Origin: Candidatus Staskawiczbacteria bacterium
GTDB lineage: Bacteria > Patescibacteriota > Minisyncoccia > Minisyncoccales > Staskawiczbacteraceae
DNA: 47,782 bases
Assembly: GCA_963778905.1 (NCBI GenBank)
Contig: CAVZWH010000028.1
Location: forward strand, 1 to 47,782
Direction of reading: 5' to 3'
Position 1 is the stretch's first letter; each line of letters begins with the position of its first letter. The notes below the pieces were generated by a model. It was not told where the DNA came from. It saw only the letters and a list, made by a program, of their open reading frames with translations, and ran no database searches. The position numbers and the translations under genes are program-made. Below, in pieces: positions 20,669 through 30,251 of the stretch.

Positions 20669-21322
20669 ATGGCTCATAAGGTTCACCCAAAATCATTTAG
20701 AATAAAAGGAACAGAGGATTGGAATATCCGCGGTTTTTACGGCAAAAAAATGCCACAATATTTAGAAGAGGACTTTTTGATTAAGGATTTTTTAAGAAAA
20801 AAATTAGCAGACTCCTCGGTGGCAAACATAGAAATAGAGCACTCGGCAAGCAAGCTTAACATAATTATTGATACAGCAAGACCTGGTTTGATTATTGGCA
20901 GAGGCGGCGGCGGGATTGATTTGTTGAAAGCTGAAATTGAGAAAAAAATCGCAAAACAAATAAAAAATAAATCAAAAAGAGAATATAAAATAGAAATTAG
21001 AGAAATAAAAAATCCGTGGATTTCTGCTGCATTAGTTGCTCAAATGGCGGCTCAGCAAATTGAAAAAAGAATTCCATTCAGGCAGGTTTTGAAAAAATCA
21101 ATTGAAAGAGTAATGACGAACAGGGAGGCAAAAGGAATTAGAATGGAAGTTGCAGGAAGATTGAACGGAATTGAAATTGCCAGACGAGAATGGCTGGGAC
21201 AAGGCAGATTGCCAAGAAATACAATCAGGGCTGACATTGATTACGCGCAGGACGAAGCGCACTGCACTTATGGAAAAATTGGAATAAAGGTTTGGATATA
21301 TAAAGGAGATAAATTTGAATAA
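20669..21322 (+). CDS. rpsC: 30S ribosomal protein S3
   Basis: HKVHP, RPGLIIG, GRLNGIEIAR. Confidence 0.98.
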   Translation: MAHKVHPKSFRIKGTEDWNIRGFYGKKMPQYLEEDFLIKDFLRKKLADSSVANIEIEHSASKLNIIIDTARPGLIIGRGGGGIDLLKAEIEKKIAKQIKNKSKREYKIEIREIKNPWISAALVAQMAAQQIEKRIPFRQVLKKSIERVMTNREAKGIRMEVAGRLNGIEIARREWLGQGRLPRNTIRADIDYAQDEAHCTYGKIGIKVWIYKGDKFE

Positions 21323-21331
21323 CAAATTATC

Positions 21332-21760
21332 ATGGGAATATTAATGCCGAAAAAAGTAAAGCACAGAAAGTGGCACAAAGGCAGGGGAAGAAATCGTGCC
21401 GGAGTTGAAACCAGAGCAACTGAAGTTAATTTTGGCAGTTTTGGATTGAAAGCTTTGGAGGCAAAATGGTTAACGGCAAGACAATTGGAAGCAGCCAGAA
21501 GATATATAATAAGATATATGAAAAAAGGAGGAAAAATTTGGTTAAGAGTTTTCCCTGATAAGCCGGTTACTTTTAAGGGATCTGAAGTCGGAATGGGCTC
21601 GGGCAAAGGAAATGTTGACCATTATGTGTACCCAATAAAGCCGGGAAGAATTATTTTTGAAATAGACGGATTAAAAGAAGATATTTCCAGAGAAGCTTTG
21701 GAAGGAGCAGGACAAAAGTTGCCAATCAAGACAAAATTTGTTAAAAAGGATAGTATTTAA
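21332..21760 (+). CDS. rplP: 50S ribosomal protein L16
   Basis: PKKVKHRK, FPDKP, MGSGKG. Confidence 0.98.
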   Translation: MGILMPKKVKHRKWHKGRGRNRAGVETRATEVNFGSFGLKALEAKWLTARQLEAARRYIIRYMKKGGKIWLRVFPDKPVTFKGSEVGMGSGKGNVDHYVYPIKPGRIIFEIDGLKEDISREALEGAGQKLPIKTKFVKKDSI

Positions 21761-21771
21761 TACATAAAAAG

Positions 21772-21963
21772 ATGAAAGCAGCTGATTTAAGAAAAAAAGA
21801 CAAAAAGGAATTGGGAAAAACAGTTAATGAATTAAGAAAAAAACTGAGCGATCTTAGGTTTAAGTTTTCGTCTGGCAAATTAAAAAACACAAAAGAAATC
21901 AATAATTCCAAAAAAGAAATAGCAAGAATATTAACCATTTTAAGAGAAACAAAAAATGTCTAA
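21772..21963 (+). CDS. rpmC: 50S ribosomal protein L29
   Basis: KEIARILT; operon position. Confidence 0.95.
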   Translation: MKAADLRKKDKKELGKTVNELRKKLSDLRFKFSSGKLKNTKEINNSKKEIARILTILRETKNV

Positions 21964-22189
21964 AAAACTTTTACAAGGAATTGTGGTTTCAGATAAGATG
22001 CAAAAGACCGTTGTGGTTGAAGTTGAAAGAATAAAGGAACATCCAAAATATAAAAGAAGATTTAAGGTCCACAAAAAATTTAAGGCTCATGACGAAAAAG
22101 GAGAATTTCATGTGGGAGATAAAGTTGTGATAGAAGAAACATCTCCGATTTCAAAAGACAAAAATTGGATAGTAATTAAAAAGATTTAA
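21956..22189 (+). CDS. rpsQ: 30S ribosomal protein S17
   Basis: [21 protein letters not shown]. Confidence 0.97.
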   Translation: MSKKLLQGIVVSDKMQKTVVVEVERIKEHPKYKRRFKVHKKFKAHDEKGEFHVGDKVVIEETSPISKDKNWIVIKKI

Positions 22190-22190
22190 T

Positions 22191-22559
22191 ATGATACAGC
22201 CAAGGTCAATGTTAAAAGTCGCAGATAATTCTGGAGCAAAAATTATCCAGGTTATTAATGTACCAGGAGGAACGCGCAGAAGATATGCTCAGTTGGGAGA
22301 CATTGTTGTGGCTGCGGTAAAAAAAGCTGAACCAAGAAAATTAGTCAAAAAACACGACAAAGTAAAAGCTGTAATTATAAGGCAACACAAAGAATACAAA
22401 AGAGCAGATGGTTCTTACATCAGGTTTGACGACAACGCAGCTGTAATTTTAGGCGACGGTAAAGAGCCAAAAGGCAGCAGAATTTTGGGTCCCACAGCAA
22501 AAGAATTAAAAGAAAAAGGTTTTGGCACAATTGCCATGATGGCTTCAGAGCTTTTATAA
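22191..22559 (+). CDS. rplN: 50S ribosomal protein L14
   Basis: [15 protein letters not shown]. Confidence 0.98.
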   Translation: MIQPRSMLKVADNSGAKIIQVINVPGGTRRRYAQLGDIVVAAVKKAEPRKLVKKHDKVKAVIIRQHKEYKRADGSYIRFDDNAAVILGDGKEPKGSRILGPTAKELKEKGFGTIAMMASELL

Positions 22560-22564
22560 ACAAC

Positions 22565-22870
22565 ATGAAGATCAAAAAAGGCGACAATGTTTTAATAATA
22601 GCAGGCAAGGACAAGGGTAGAACCGCCAAGGTAATAAAAGCGCTTCCGAAAGAGCTAAAGATTTTAGTTGAAGGAATTAATTTGAAGAAAAAACACGTAA
22701 GACCAAAAAGAGAAGGAGAAAAGGGCCAGGTTGTTGCAATACCAGCTCCACTGGATATTTCCAATGTAAAAATAATTTGTCCAAAATGCGGCAAAGCAAC
22801 AAGAGTGGAATACAAGACAGAGGGAGAAGCAAAAAATAGAATTTGTAAAAAGTGTAAGCAGATAATTTAA
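22565..22870 (+). CDS. rplX: 50S ribosomal protein L24
   Basis: IKKGDNV, GKDKG, VEGIN. Confidence 0.98.
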   Translation: MKIKKGDNVLIIAGKDKGRTAKVIKALPKELKILVEGINLKKKHVRPKREGEKGQVVAIPAPLDISNVKIICPKCGKATRVEYKTEGEAKNRICKKCKQII

Positions 22871-22871
22871 C

Positions 22872-23426
22872 ATGCAAAGCTTAAAAGAAAAATATAATAA
22901 AGAGGCGGTGCCGGAGATGATGAAGAGATTTGGATTCAAAAATAAAATGGCAGTTCCCTCAATAAGGAAAGTTGTTTTGAACAGTTCTTTTGGAAAGGAT
23001 GTTGTTGGAAAATCAGCTTCAGAAAGAGAAAAAATACAAAACCTTATAATGCAGGATTTATCTTTGATTGCCGGCCAAAAAACGAATTTGGTAAAGTCAC
23101 GAAAATCAATTGCCGGATTCAAATTAAGAGAAGGTTTGGAAATTGCCGCAGTTGTTACTTTAAGAAAACAGAGAATGTGGGATTTTTTGGAGAGATTTAT
23201 TTATCTTTCTCTGCCAAGATCCAGAGATTTCAAAGGCATTGATTCAAAATCAATAGATAAAAATGGAAATTTATCAATGGGATTTAAGGAACATATTTCT
23301 TTTCCGGAAATTTTTACAGAAAAAGAAAAAACAATTTTTGGATTGGAAATAACGATTGTAACAAATGCAAAAAGCAAAGAAGAAGGATTGGAATTATACA
23401 AATTATTAGGATTTCCGATGAAATAA
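22872..23426 (+). CDS. rplE: 50S ribosomal protein L5
   Basis: [23 protein letters not shown]. Confidence 0.98.
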   Translation: MQSLKEKYNKEAVPEMMKRFGFKNKMAVPSIRKVVLNSSFGKDVVGKSASEREKIQNLIMQDLSLIAGQKTNLVKSRKSIAGFKLREGLEIAAVVTLRKQRMWDFLERFIYLSLPRSRDFKGIDSKSIDKNGNLSMGFKEHISFPEIFTEKEKTIFGLEITIVTNAKSKEEGLELYKLLGFPMK

Positions 23427-23427
23427 A

Positions 23428-23613
23428 ATGGCAAAGACATCACAAGAAGCAAAAGCAAAAATGAAACCAAAGTATCCTTCTAGAAAGATTAGAAGATGTT
23501 TTAAGTGCGGTAGAAGGCATGGTTTTATGAGAAAGTTCGGCCTTTGCAGAATTTGTTTTAGAGAATTAGCAAATAAAGGAGAAATTCCGGGAATTAAAAA
23601 ATCATCCTGGTAG
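23428..23613 (+). CDS. rpsN: 30S ribosomal protein S14, Zn-binding type Z
   Basis: RCFKCGR...[12 protein letters not shown]. Confidence 0.97.
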   Translation: MAKTSQEAKAKMKPKYPSRKIRRCFKCGRRHGFMRKFGLCRICFRELANKGEIPGIKKSSW

Positions 23614-23614
23614 T

Positions 23615-23751
23615 ACGATCAGGTATTTTGGCAAAAGAGACGCAAAATTTTACCAGCGTAAAATTTTGCTCAGCTCTCGGCTTGATATTTCACTTTGGTG
23701 AAAACCATGCTATCAAGCCTCGAGGTGCTCTTTTGCCAAAATACCTTCGCT
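23615..23751. other. Intergenic multibranch hairpin element E3
   Basis: Perfect 19-bp inverted repeat AGGTATTTTGGCAAAAGAG/CTCTTTTGCCAAAATACCT followed by TCGCT; nested hairpins inside. Confidence 0.85.
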
Positions 23752-23773
23752 AAAAAATTATAAATAAAAAAAT

Positions 23774-24163
23774 ATGACAGATCCAATTACAGACATGTTA
23801 AATCAAATAAGAAATGCGCAAGCTGTTGGTAAAACAGAGGTTTTGATTCCTTTGTCAAAGATAAAAAAAGAGATAGCTAATTTGTTATTAAAGGAAGGTT
23901 TTGTCGGGGAAATTAAAAATGGAATGAAAGGAAAAATAAAAGCCCTAAAAATTACCTTAAAATATGACAACGGAGTTCCGGCAATTTCAGGATTAAAAAG
24001 AGTTTCAAAACCAGGACAGAGAATTTACGAGGGATTTTCTGAAATAAAAAGAGTTCACGGAGGATATGGAATATCAATAGTTTCAACACCAAAAGGTTTG
24101 ATGACAAATAGCCAAGCCAGAAAACAAAAACTCGGCGGAGAAGTAATCTGCCAAGTTTGGTAA
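23774..24163 (+). CDS. rpsH: 30S ribosomal protein S8
   Basis: TDPITDML, SKPGQRIY, STPKG, GGE. Confidence 0.98.
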   Translation: MTDPITDMLNQIRNAQAVGKTEVLIPLSKIKKEIANLLLKEGFVGEIKNGMKGKIKALKITLKYDNGVPAISGLKRVSKPGQRIYEGFSEIKRVHGGYGISIVSTPKGLMTNSQARKQKLGGEVICQVW

Positions 24164-24177
24164 TTAAATTAAAAATT

Positions 24178-24723
24178 ATGAGCAGAATAGGTAAAAAATT
24201 AATTGAAATTCCCCAGGGCGTGAAAGCAGAAATTTCTGAAAAAGAAATAAAAGTTTCCGGGCCCAAAGGAGAATTAAAACAATTTATACATCCTGAAATT
24301 AAAATTGAAATAAAGGATGGCAAGATTTTTGTTTCTCCAAAAACAGAGCTTTCAAAAAAAGGCAGGGGATTGTGGGGATTATACAGGGCTTTGGTTTCTA
24401 ATATGGTTGAGGGAGTAAGCAAAGGATTTGAGAAAAAATTGGAAATTGAAGGAGTTGGTTTTAAGGCAGTTGTTGACGCAGACGGATTGACATTAAACCT
24501 TGGATTTACAAATCCTGTAAAAATTAAAAAAATAGAAGGAGTTAATTTTTTGGTGGAAAAAAATGTGATTACGGTTGCGGGTGCCGACAAAGAAAGAGTT
24601 GGGCATATTGCGGCTTTAATAAGAAAACAGAAAAAAGCTGAACCATATAAAGGTAAAGGAATTAAATATCAGGGAGAAAAAATTAGAAGAAAAGAAGGTA
24701 AAAAAGTAGTAGCATCTAAATAG
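24178..24723 (+). CDS. rplF: 50S ribosomal protein L6
   Basis: MSRIGK, GPKGEL, EPYKGKGI. Confidence 0.98.
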   Translation: MSRIGKKLIEIPQGVKAEISEKEIKVSGPKGELKQFIHPEIKIEIKDGKIFVSPKTELSKKGRGLWGLYRALVSNMVEGVSKGFEKKLEIEGVGFKAVVDADGLTLNLGFTNPVKIKKIEGVNFLVEKNVITVAGADKERVGHIAALIRKQKKAEPYKGKGIKYQGEKIRRKEGKKVVASK

Positions 24724-24732
24724 AAATATATC

Positions 24733-25083
24733 ATGAGTACAAAAAACGACAAAAGAATAAGGAGACATAAGAAAATAAGAATGAACATGCATGGCACAAA
24801 AGACAGGCCAAGACTTTTTGTTTTCAGGTCAAACCAGCATATCTATGCCCAATTAGTTGACGATGACAAGGCAAAAATTTTATTGGGAGCTTCAGACAAA
24901 GATGTAAAAGCTAAAAAAGGTGAAAAGAAATCCGATGTCGCAAAAGAAGTCGGAAAATTAATAGCTAAAAAAGCAATGGAAAATAAAATTGAAAAAGTTG
25001 TTTTTGACAGAGGAGGATTTATTTTTCACGGTAGAGTAAAGGCATTGGCCGAAGGAGCAAGAGAGCAAGGATTAAAATTTTAA
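24733..25083 (+). CDS. rplR: 50S ribosomal protein L18
   Basis: RPRLFVFRSN, FDRGG, HGRVKA. Confidence 0.98.
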   Translation: MSTKNDKRIRRHKKIRMNMHGTKDRPRLFVFRSNQHIYAQLVDDDKAKILLGASDKDVKAKKGEKKSDVAKEVGKLIAKKAMENKIEKVVFDRGGFIFHGRVKALAEGAREQGLKF

Positions 25084-25101
25084 TTGAAATAAAAAAATAA
25101 C

Positions 25102-25773
25102 ATGGCAGAAGACAAAGTGGTCGTAGACCAAATTAAAAAAGAAAATACAGAACCAGCCAAGGTCGCAAAACCAGGACCCGCAAGCGGGTACCCCGGTTTT
25201 ATACCCATGCCTACCGGAGAGCAGAAAGTTGCTCCTCGCGGCGCGGGCTACGGACAAAGAAACAAAGGCTTTGGACAAAACAGAAGGCCGGGTTTTGGCA
25301 GGGCCGGATTTGGCAAAGACAGGCCGAAAGACGAATTTGAAACAAAACTTTTGGATTTGGCTCGCGTGACCAGAGTTACGGGAGGCGGAAAAAGAATGAG
25401 TTTTAGAGCAGTAGTTATTGCCGGAGACAAAAAAGGAAAAGTTGGAATTGGAATTGATAAGGGAAAAGATGTTTCTCAGGCAATTGAAAAAGCCACAAGA
25501 AGAGCTAAAAAGAATTTGATCAGTGTGGTTATTGTTGAAGGAACTATTCCCCATGAAGTTGAGGCAAAGTCAGGGCCAGCAATAATTTTATTGAAACCTC
25601 AAAAAAAAGGCAGGGGATTGGTTGCCGGCGGAGCCGTTAGAACAATTTGCGATTTGGCCGGAATTAAAAATATTTCCTCAAAAATTCTTTCAGGTTCAAA
25701 AAATAAATTAAATAACGCCAGAGCAACAATTGAAGCGTTAAAAAAATTAAAAGTGCACCAGACAACAAAATAA
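25102..25773 (+). CDS. rpsE: 30S ribosomal protein S5 with long N-terminal extension
   Basis: RVTRVTGGGK, GTIPHEV, GLVAGGAVR. Confidence 0.98.
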   Translation: MAEDKVVVDQIKKENTEPAKVAKPGPASGYPGFIPMPTGEQKVAPRGAGYGQRNKGFGQNRRPGFGRAGFGKDRPKDEFETKLLDLARVTRVTGGGKRMSFRAVVIAGDKKGKVGIGIDKGKDVSQAIEKATRRAKKNLISVVIVEGTIPHEVEAKSGPAIILLKPQKKGRGLVAGGAVRTICDLAGIKNISSKILSGSKNKLNNARATIEALKKLKVHQTTK

Positions 25774-25774
25774 C

Positions 25775-26206
25775 ATGCAGATACACGAATTAAAACCAAA
25801 ACATAAAAATAGAAGCAAAAAAAGAGTTGGCAGAGGAGGAAAAAAAGGAACTTATTCTGGAAAAGGAATAAAGGGGCAGAAATCAAGAGCAGGCAGAAAA
25901 ATGGTGCCAATTATCAGAGAATTAATTAAAAGATATCCAAAATTAAAAGGATACAGAAGTTTTGTTTTAGATGATTATTCGGCGGTTGTAAATCTTGAAA
26001 CTTTAGAAAAAATTTCAAAAGATGGAGAAACAATAAACCCGGAAAATTTGATTAAAAAAGGCATTATTAGTAGAATGAAAGGAAGAAATCCAAAAGTGAA
26101 GATTTTAGGAACCGGAAAACTTACAAAAAAATTGATTATAGAAAACTGCAAAACATCAAAAACCGCAAAAATAGCAATTGAAAAAGCCGGAGGTAAAATT
26201 TCTTAA
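25775..26206 (+). CDS. rplO: 50S ribosomal protein L15
   Basis: RVGRG, KGQKSRAG, VKILGTG. Confidence 0.97.
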   Translation: MQIHELKPKHKNRSKKRVGRGGKKGTYSGKGIKGQKSRAGRKMVPIIRELIKRYPKLKGYRSFVLDDYSAVVNLETLEKISKDGETINPENLIKKGIISRMKGRNPKVKILGTGKLTKKLIIENCKTSKTAKIAIEKAGGKIS

Positions 26207-26209
26207 ACT

Positions 26210-27487
26210 ATGTGGTACGATAAAATATTATTTCTTTTCAAAAATAAAGAATTAAGGAACAAATTCTTTTTTGTGCTTTTTCTTTTTATTGTTTTTAGAT
26301 TGGCGGCAAACATTCCAATACCTGGAATTGGAGCCGAAAATTTAAGGAAATTTTTTGACCAAAATCAGGTTTTTGGTCTTTTGAATTTGTTCACCGGCGG
26401 CGCTTTGAGTAATTTTTCCCTTGTTTTGCTTGGGCTTGGTCCTTACATTACAGCCACAATTATTTTGCAGCTTTTGACAATGATTTTTCCTGCTTTGGAA
26501 AAATTATACAAAGAAGAGGGCGAGTCGGGCAGGCAAAAATTTAATCAATATGGAAGATTGCTCACAATTCCTTTGGCCGCATTTGAGGGATATGGAATGC
26601 TGACGGTTTTTGCCCGCGAGGGAATTATCACAGGACTTTCATTGCCAGTAATGTTGTCGGCCATCGCGACAATCACAGCAGGAGCCATGTTTTTGATGTG
26701 GATTGGCGAAATTATTTCAGAACAGGGAATGGGAAACGGCATTTCTTTGTTAATTTTTGCCGGTATAGTTGCCAGAATTCCAATAAATATTTTCCAGACA
26801 TTTTCAGCATATAGCCCTTCGCAAATTCCTTCTTATGTGGCATTTTTTGTGCTTTCTATAATTATAATTGCCGGAGTGGTTTTGATTACAGAAGCTCGCA
26901 GAAATATTCCGGTCTCTTATGCAAAAAGAGTGAGGGGAATGAAAATGTATGGCGGAACTTCAACTTATCTGCCGCTAAGCGTAAACCCGGCCGGAGTTAT
27001 TCCAATTATTTTTGCGTTGTCTATACTTTTATTTCCAGGAATGATTGCCAGTTATTTTGGAACATACGCAGGACTTGTTGGAGTTGTGTCCACAAATATC
27101 GGCGCATTTTTCAATAACGTTTGGATACACGGAGTTTTATATTTTTTACTGGTTATTTTATTTACATATTTTTATACCGCGGTCACATTTGATCCAAAAA
27201 CAATTGCCGAAAACTTGCAGAAAATGGGCGGATTTGTGCCAGGAGTAAGACCGGGCAAACCAACAGCTGATTTTATGAAACATATATTAAACAGAGTTTT
27301 GTTTACCGGCGCAATATTTTTAGGATTAATAGCTGTTTTGCCGTCAATTGTTGCAGGATTAACGGGCGTTACCGGATTTACATTTTTGGTTGGAGGCACT
27401 TCGCTTTTAATCGTTGTAAGCGTTGTTTTAGACACAGTAAGGCAAATTAATGCGCAACTGCAAATGCGCGAATACGAAACTTTTTAA
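26210..27487 (+). CDS. secY: Preprotein translocase SecY
   Basis: LGLGPYITA, GNGISL, GVIPIIFA, PGVRPG, GGTSLLI. Confidence 0.99.
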   Translation: MWYDKILFLFKNKELRNKFFFVLFLFIVFRLAANIPIPGIGAENLRKFFDQNQVFGLLNLFTGGALSNFSLVLLGLGPYITATIILQLLTMIFPALEKLYKEEGESGRQKFNQYGRLLTIPLAAFEGYGMLTVFAREGIITGLSLPVMLSAIATITAGAMFLMWIGEIISEQGMGNGISLLIFAGIVARIPINIFQTFSAYSPSQIPSYVAFFVLSIIIIAGVVLITEARRNIPVSYAKRVRGMKMYGGTSTYLPLSVNPAGVIPIIFALSILLFPGMIASYFGTYAGLVGVVSTNIGAFFNNVWIHGVLYFLLVILFTYFYTAVTFDPKTIAENLQKMGGFVPGVRPGKPTADFMKHILNRVLFTGAIFLGLIAVLPSIVAGLTGVTGFTFLVGGTSLLIVVSVVLDTVRQINAQLQMREYETF

Positions 27488-28191
27488 TGGAAAAGCAAAT
27501 TATAATTTTATTTGGACCTCCTGGCGCCGGGAAAGGAACTCAGGCTGAAATTTTGGCTGATAAAACAGGATATTATCATTTTGAATCCAGTAAAATTATT
27601 GAGGCTTGTTTTGAAAATGAAAGCGACCCAAAGGGTGCCCCAAAACTTTTTGAAATAGAAGGGCAAAAATATAAAGTCCAAGATGAAAAAAAGCGATGGC
27701 AAGAAGGATTGCTGAACAGTCCGCCCTTCGTTGTTTTTTTAATGGTTGAAAAAATAAAAGAATTAGCAAAAGAAGGAAAATCAATTATTTTTTCCGGCTC
27801 TCCCAGAACTGTTTATGAAGCAGAAAAAGAAATTCCTTTATTAAAAGAGCTTTATGGCTTGGAAAATATAAAATTTATTTTATTGGAAATTACAGCCGAA
27901 ACTACAATTTTTAGAAATTCTCACAGAAGAATTTGCGAGCTAATCCGCCACTCAATTTTATTTTCCCCAGAAACAGAAAATTTAACAAAATGCCCGTTAG
28001 ACGGTTCGGATTTGGTAAAAAGAAAAGGATTAGATGACCTCCAAACAATAAAAAAAAGATTGGAAGTTTTCAAAGAGCAAACTTTTCCTGTTACAGAAAT
28101 TATTCAAAAACAAGGACTTAAATTGCACAAAGTAAACGGCGAGCAAACCGTGTCAGATGTCCACAAAGATGTTTTAGAAGCCATAAAATGA
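27487..28191 (+). CDS. adk: Adenylate kinase (divergent)
   Basis: GPPGAGKGTQ P-loop; position between secY and map; GSPR in place of the usual GFPR. Confidence 0.88.
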   Translation: MEKQIIILFGPPGAGKGTQAEILADKTGYYHFESSKIIEACFENESDPKGAPKLFEIEGQKYKVQDEKKRWQEGLLNSPPFVVFLMVEKIKELAKEGKSIIFSGSPRTVYEAEKEIPLLKELYGLENIKFILLEITAETTIFRNSHRRICELIRHSILFSPETENLTKCPLDGSDLVKRKGLDDLQTIKKRLEVFKEQTFPVTEIIQKQGLKLHKVNGEQTVSDVHKDVLEAIK

Positions 28192-28931
28192 TAAATATAA
28201 AAACACAAGAAGAAATTAAAATTATTGCCGAAGGTGGAAAAATTTTGGCTGCTGTCATAAAAAATTTAGAAAAAATGGCAAAGCCGGACGTTACCACGTT
28301 GGATTTGGACAGAGCCGCAGAGGCTCTCATTTTGTCTGTGGGAGCTACGCCCGGATTTAAGGGTTATGACGGTTTTCCTTTTTCTTTGTGCGCGTCTGTA
28401 AACGAAAATATTGTGCACGGCTTTCCTTCGGGATATGTTTTGAAAGAAGGAGATTTGTTAAAATTGGATTTGGGAGTTTTGTATAAAGGTTTTAATACAA
28501 ATTCGGCAACAACAATTGCAATTGGAAAAGTTTCTTTTGAGGCAAAAAGATTGATGAATGTCACAAAAAAATCTTTGCGATTGGGAATTAAAAAGGCAAA
28601 AGTTGGAAATACGATTGGCGACATCGGAAACACAATCGGCAGATTTGTTGAAGACCAGGGATTTGGAGTTGTGCGGGATTTGTGCGGCCACGGCATTGGA
28701 AAAAATTTGCACGAAGATCCAAAAATTCCAAATTTTGGCAAAAGAGGCGGAGGAGAAAAATTAGTTGAAGGGATGGTAATTTGCATTGAGCCGATGGTTA
28801 CGGCAGGGGACTACAATTTAAGAAAATCAGACGATGGCTACGGATACGCCACAAAAGACAACTCTTTGTCAGCCCATTTTGAACACACAATTGCAATCAC
28901 AAAATCCGGTCCAAAAATTTTAACAGAATAA
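28188..28931 (+). CDS. map: Methionine aminopeptidase type I
   Basis: VHGFP, GHGIG, HEDP, IEPM, AHFEHT. Confidence 0.97.
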   Translation: MINIKTQEEIKIIAEGGKILAAVIKNLEKMAKPDVTTLDLDRAAEALILSVGATPGFKGYDGFPFSLCASVNENIVHGFPSGYVLKEGDLLKLDLGVLYKGFNTNSATTIAIGKVSFEAKRLMNVTKKSLRLGIKKAKVGNTIGDIGNTIGRFVEDQGFGVVRDLCGHGIGKNLHEDPKIPNFGKRGGGEKLVEGMVICIEPMVTAGDYNLRKSDDGYGYATKDNSLSAHFEHTIAITKSGPKILTE

Positions 28932-28953
28932 TTTTTGTGATAGAATTAAATAT

Positions 28954-29655
28954 ATGAAACCATTAATTGCTGCGAATTGGAAAATGAATCCAGTTTTGCA
29001 AAAAGAAGCAGAAAATATTTTTGAGGGAATTAAAAAAGGCGTCAAAAATGCAACATCGGAAGTTGTTGTCTGCCCGCCGTTTATTTATTTAGAAAAATTA
29101 AAAGGGTTGGCGCTCGGAGCACAGAATATTTATTTTGAAGAAAAGGGAGCGTTTACTGGAGAAATTTCCGGAGAAATGTTGAGAGATTTGGGAGTTGAGT
29201 ATGTGATTATCGGACATTCAGAACGCAGAAAATATTTTGGTGAAACAGATGAGACTGTAAATAAAAAAATAAAAAAAGCGCTGGAATTTGGATTAAAAAT
29301 TATTTTCTGCATTGGCGAAACGGCCGAAGAAAGAGATGCCGGTAAAAAAAATGAAGTTTTGCAAAGGCAAATTCAGCAAGGGTTAAAAGACGTTGTTGAT
29401 ATTGAAAATGTTAATGTTGCTTACGAGCCGGTGTGGGCGATTGGAACTGGAAATAATTGTTCGGTTCAAGAAACAAAAGAATCAATTGATTTTATAAGAA
29501 AATTTGTAAAACAAGACACTAGAATACTTTACGGTGGAAGCGTAAAAAGCGAAAATTCCGGAGAATACATAAAATCTGCCGGGGCAAATGGATTATTGGT
29601 TGGCGGTTCGTCGCTAAACGCCGAAGAATTTGTAAAAATTGTGAAATCGGCGTAA
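28954..29655 (+). CDS. tpiA: Triosephosphate isomerase
   Basis: ANWKMN, GHSERR, AYEPVWAIGTG, YGGSV. Confidence 0.98.
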   Translation: MKPLIAANWKMNPVLQKEAENIFEGIKKGVKNATSEVVVCPPFIYLEKLKGLALGAQNIYFEEKGAFTGEISGEMLRDLGVEYVIIGHSERRKYFGETDETVNKKIKKALEFGLKIIFCIGETAEERDAGKKNEVLQRQIQQGLKDVVDIENVNVAYEPVWAIGTGNNCSVQETKESIDFIRKFVKQDTRILYGGSVKSENSGEYIKSAGANGLLVGGSSLNAEEFVKIVKSA

Positions 29656-29664
29656 GGTGTAACC

Positions 29665-30186
29665 ATGGATAATGATATATTAAACAACGGGCATTTTTTT
29701 AGCCCAAGCAAGGGAAATTTAAGTTTAGAACAAGTTATAAAAGAGATTTTCGGTTATATGCAGGAATTTCCGGAATATCAGTATGAAGTTGTGGTTGGGT
29801 GCGATTCGCCGTCATCTGACAAGCCATTTTTTCCAATTGCCATTGTGGTTTTAAGAACAGGATTTGGCGGCAGATTTTTTCTAAAAAAAATGCAATATCC
29901 GGATTCTTTTTTGAAAAGGTTTGCAAATATAAATTGGAAAAACAGAATTTTACAGGAAGTTTATTTGTCTTGCGAATTGGCATTATCTTTGAAAGAAGTT
30001 TTGGAAAAAGAAAATAAATTAGGATTAAAATATCAATTTGAATACATTCATGCTGACGTTGGCGAAATTGGCAAAACAAAAGAAATGGTAAAAGAGGTTG
30101 TTGGGTTGATAAAAAGCACTGGCTTCGAGCCGCGCATAAAACCGCAGTCATTTGCAGCAACAGTAGTTGCCGACAGATATACATAA
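29665..30186 (+). CDS. RNase H-like YkuK (DUF458) family protein
   Basis: VGCDS, RILQE, IHADVG..GKT, VADRYT. Confidence 0.85.
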   Translation: MDNDILNNGHFFSPSKGNLSLEQVIKEIFGYMQEFPEYQYEVVVGCDSPSSDKPFFPIAIVVLRTGFGGRFFLKKMQYPDSFLKRFANINWKNRILQEVYLSCELALSLKEVLEKENKLGLKYQFEYIHADVGEIGKTKEMVKEVVGLIKSTGFEPRIKPQSFAATVVADRYT

Positions 30187-30190
30187 AATT

Positions 30191-30211
30191 AACCGGCGAA
30201 AGTCGGTTTTT
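30191..30211 (+). terminator. Intrinsic terminator
   Basis: AACCGGC-GAAA-GTCGGTT followed by T residues. Confidence 0.7.
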
Positions 30212-30251
30212 AGTTGTTGCGCAAAATAATTTTTTGATGTAAAATTATAAA

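Noticed and set aside
25206-25224. CATGCCTACCGGAGAGCAG in the rpsE extension as a second decayed palindromic insert
   Set aside because: Too degenerate, and only one instance in the window
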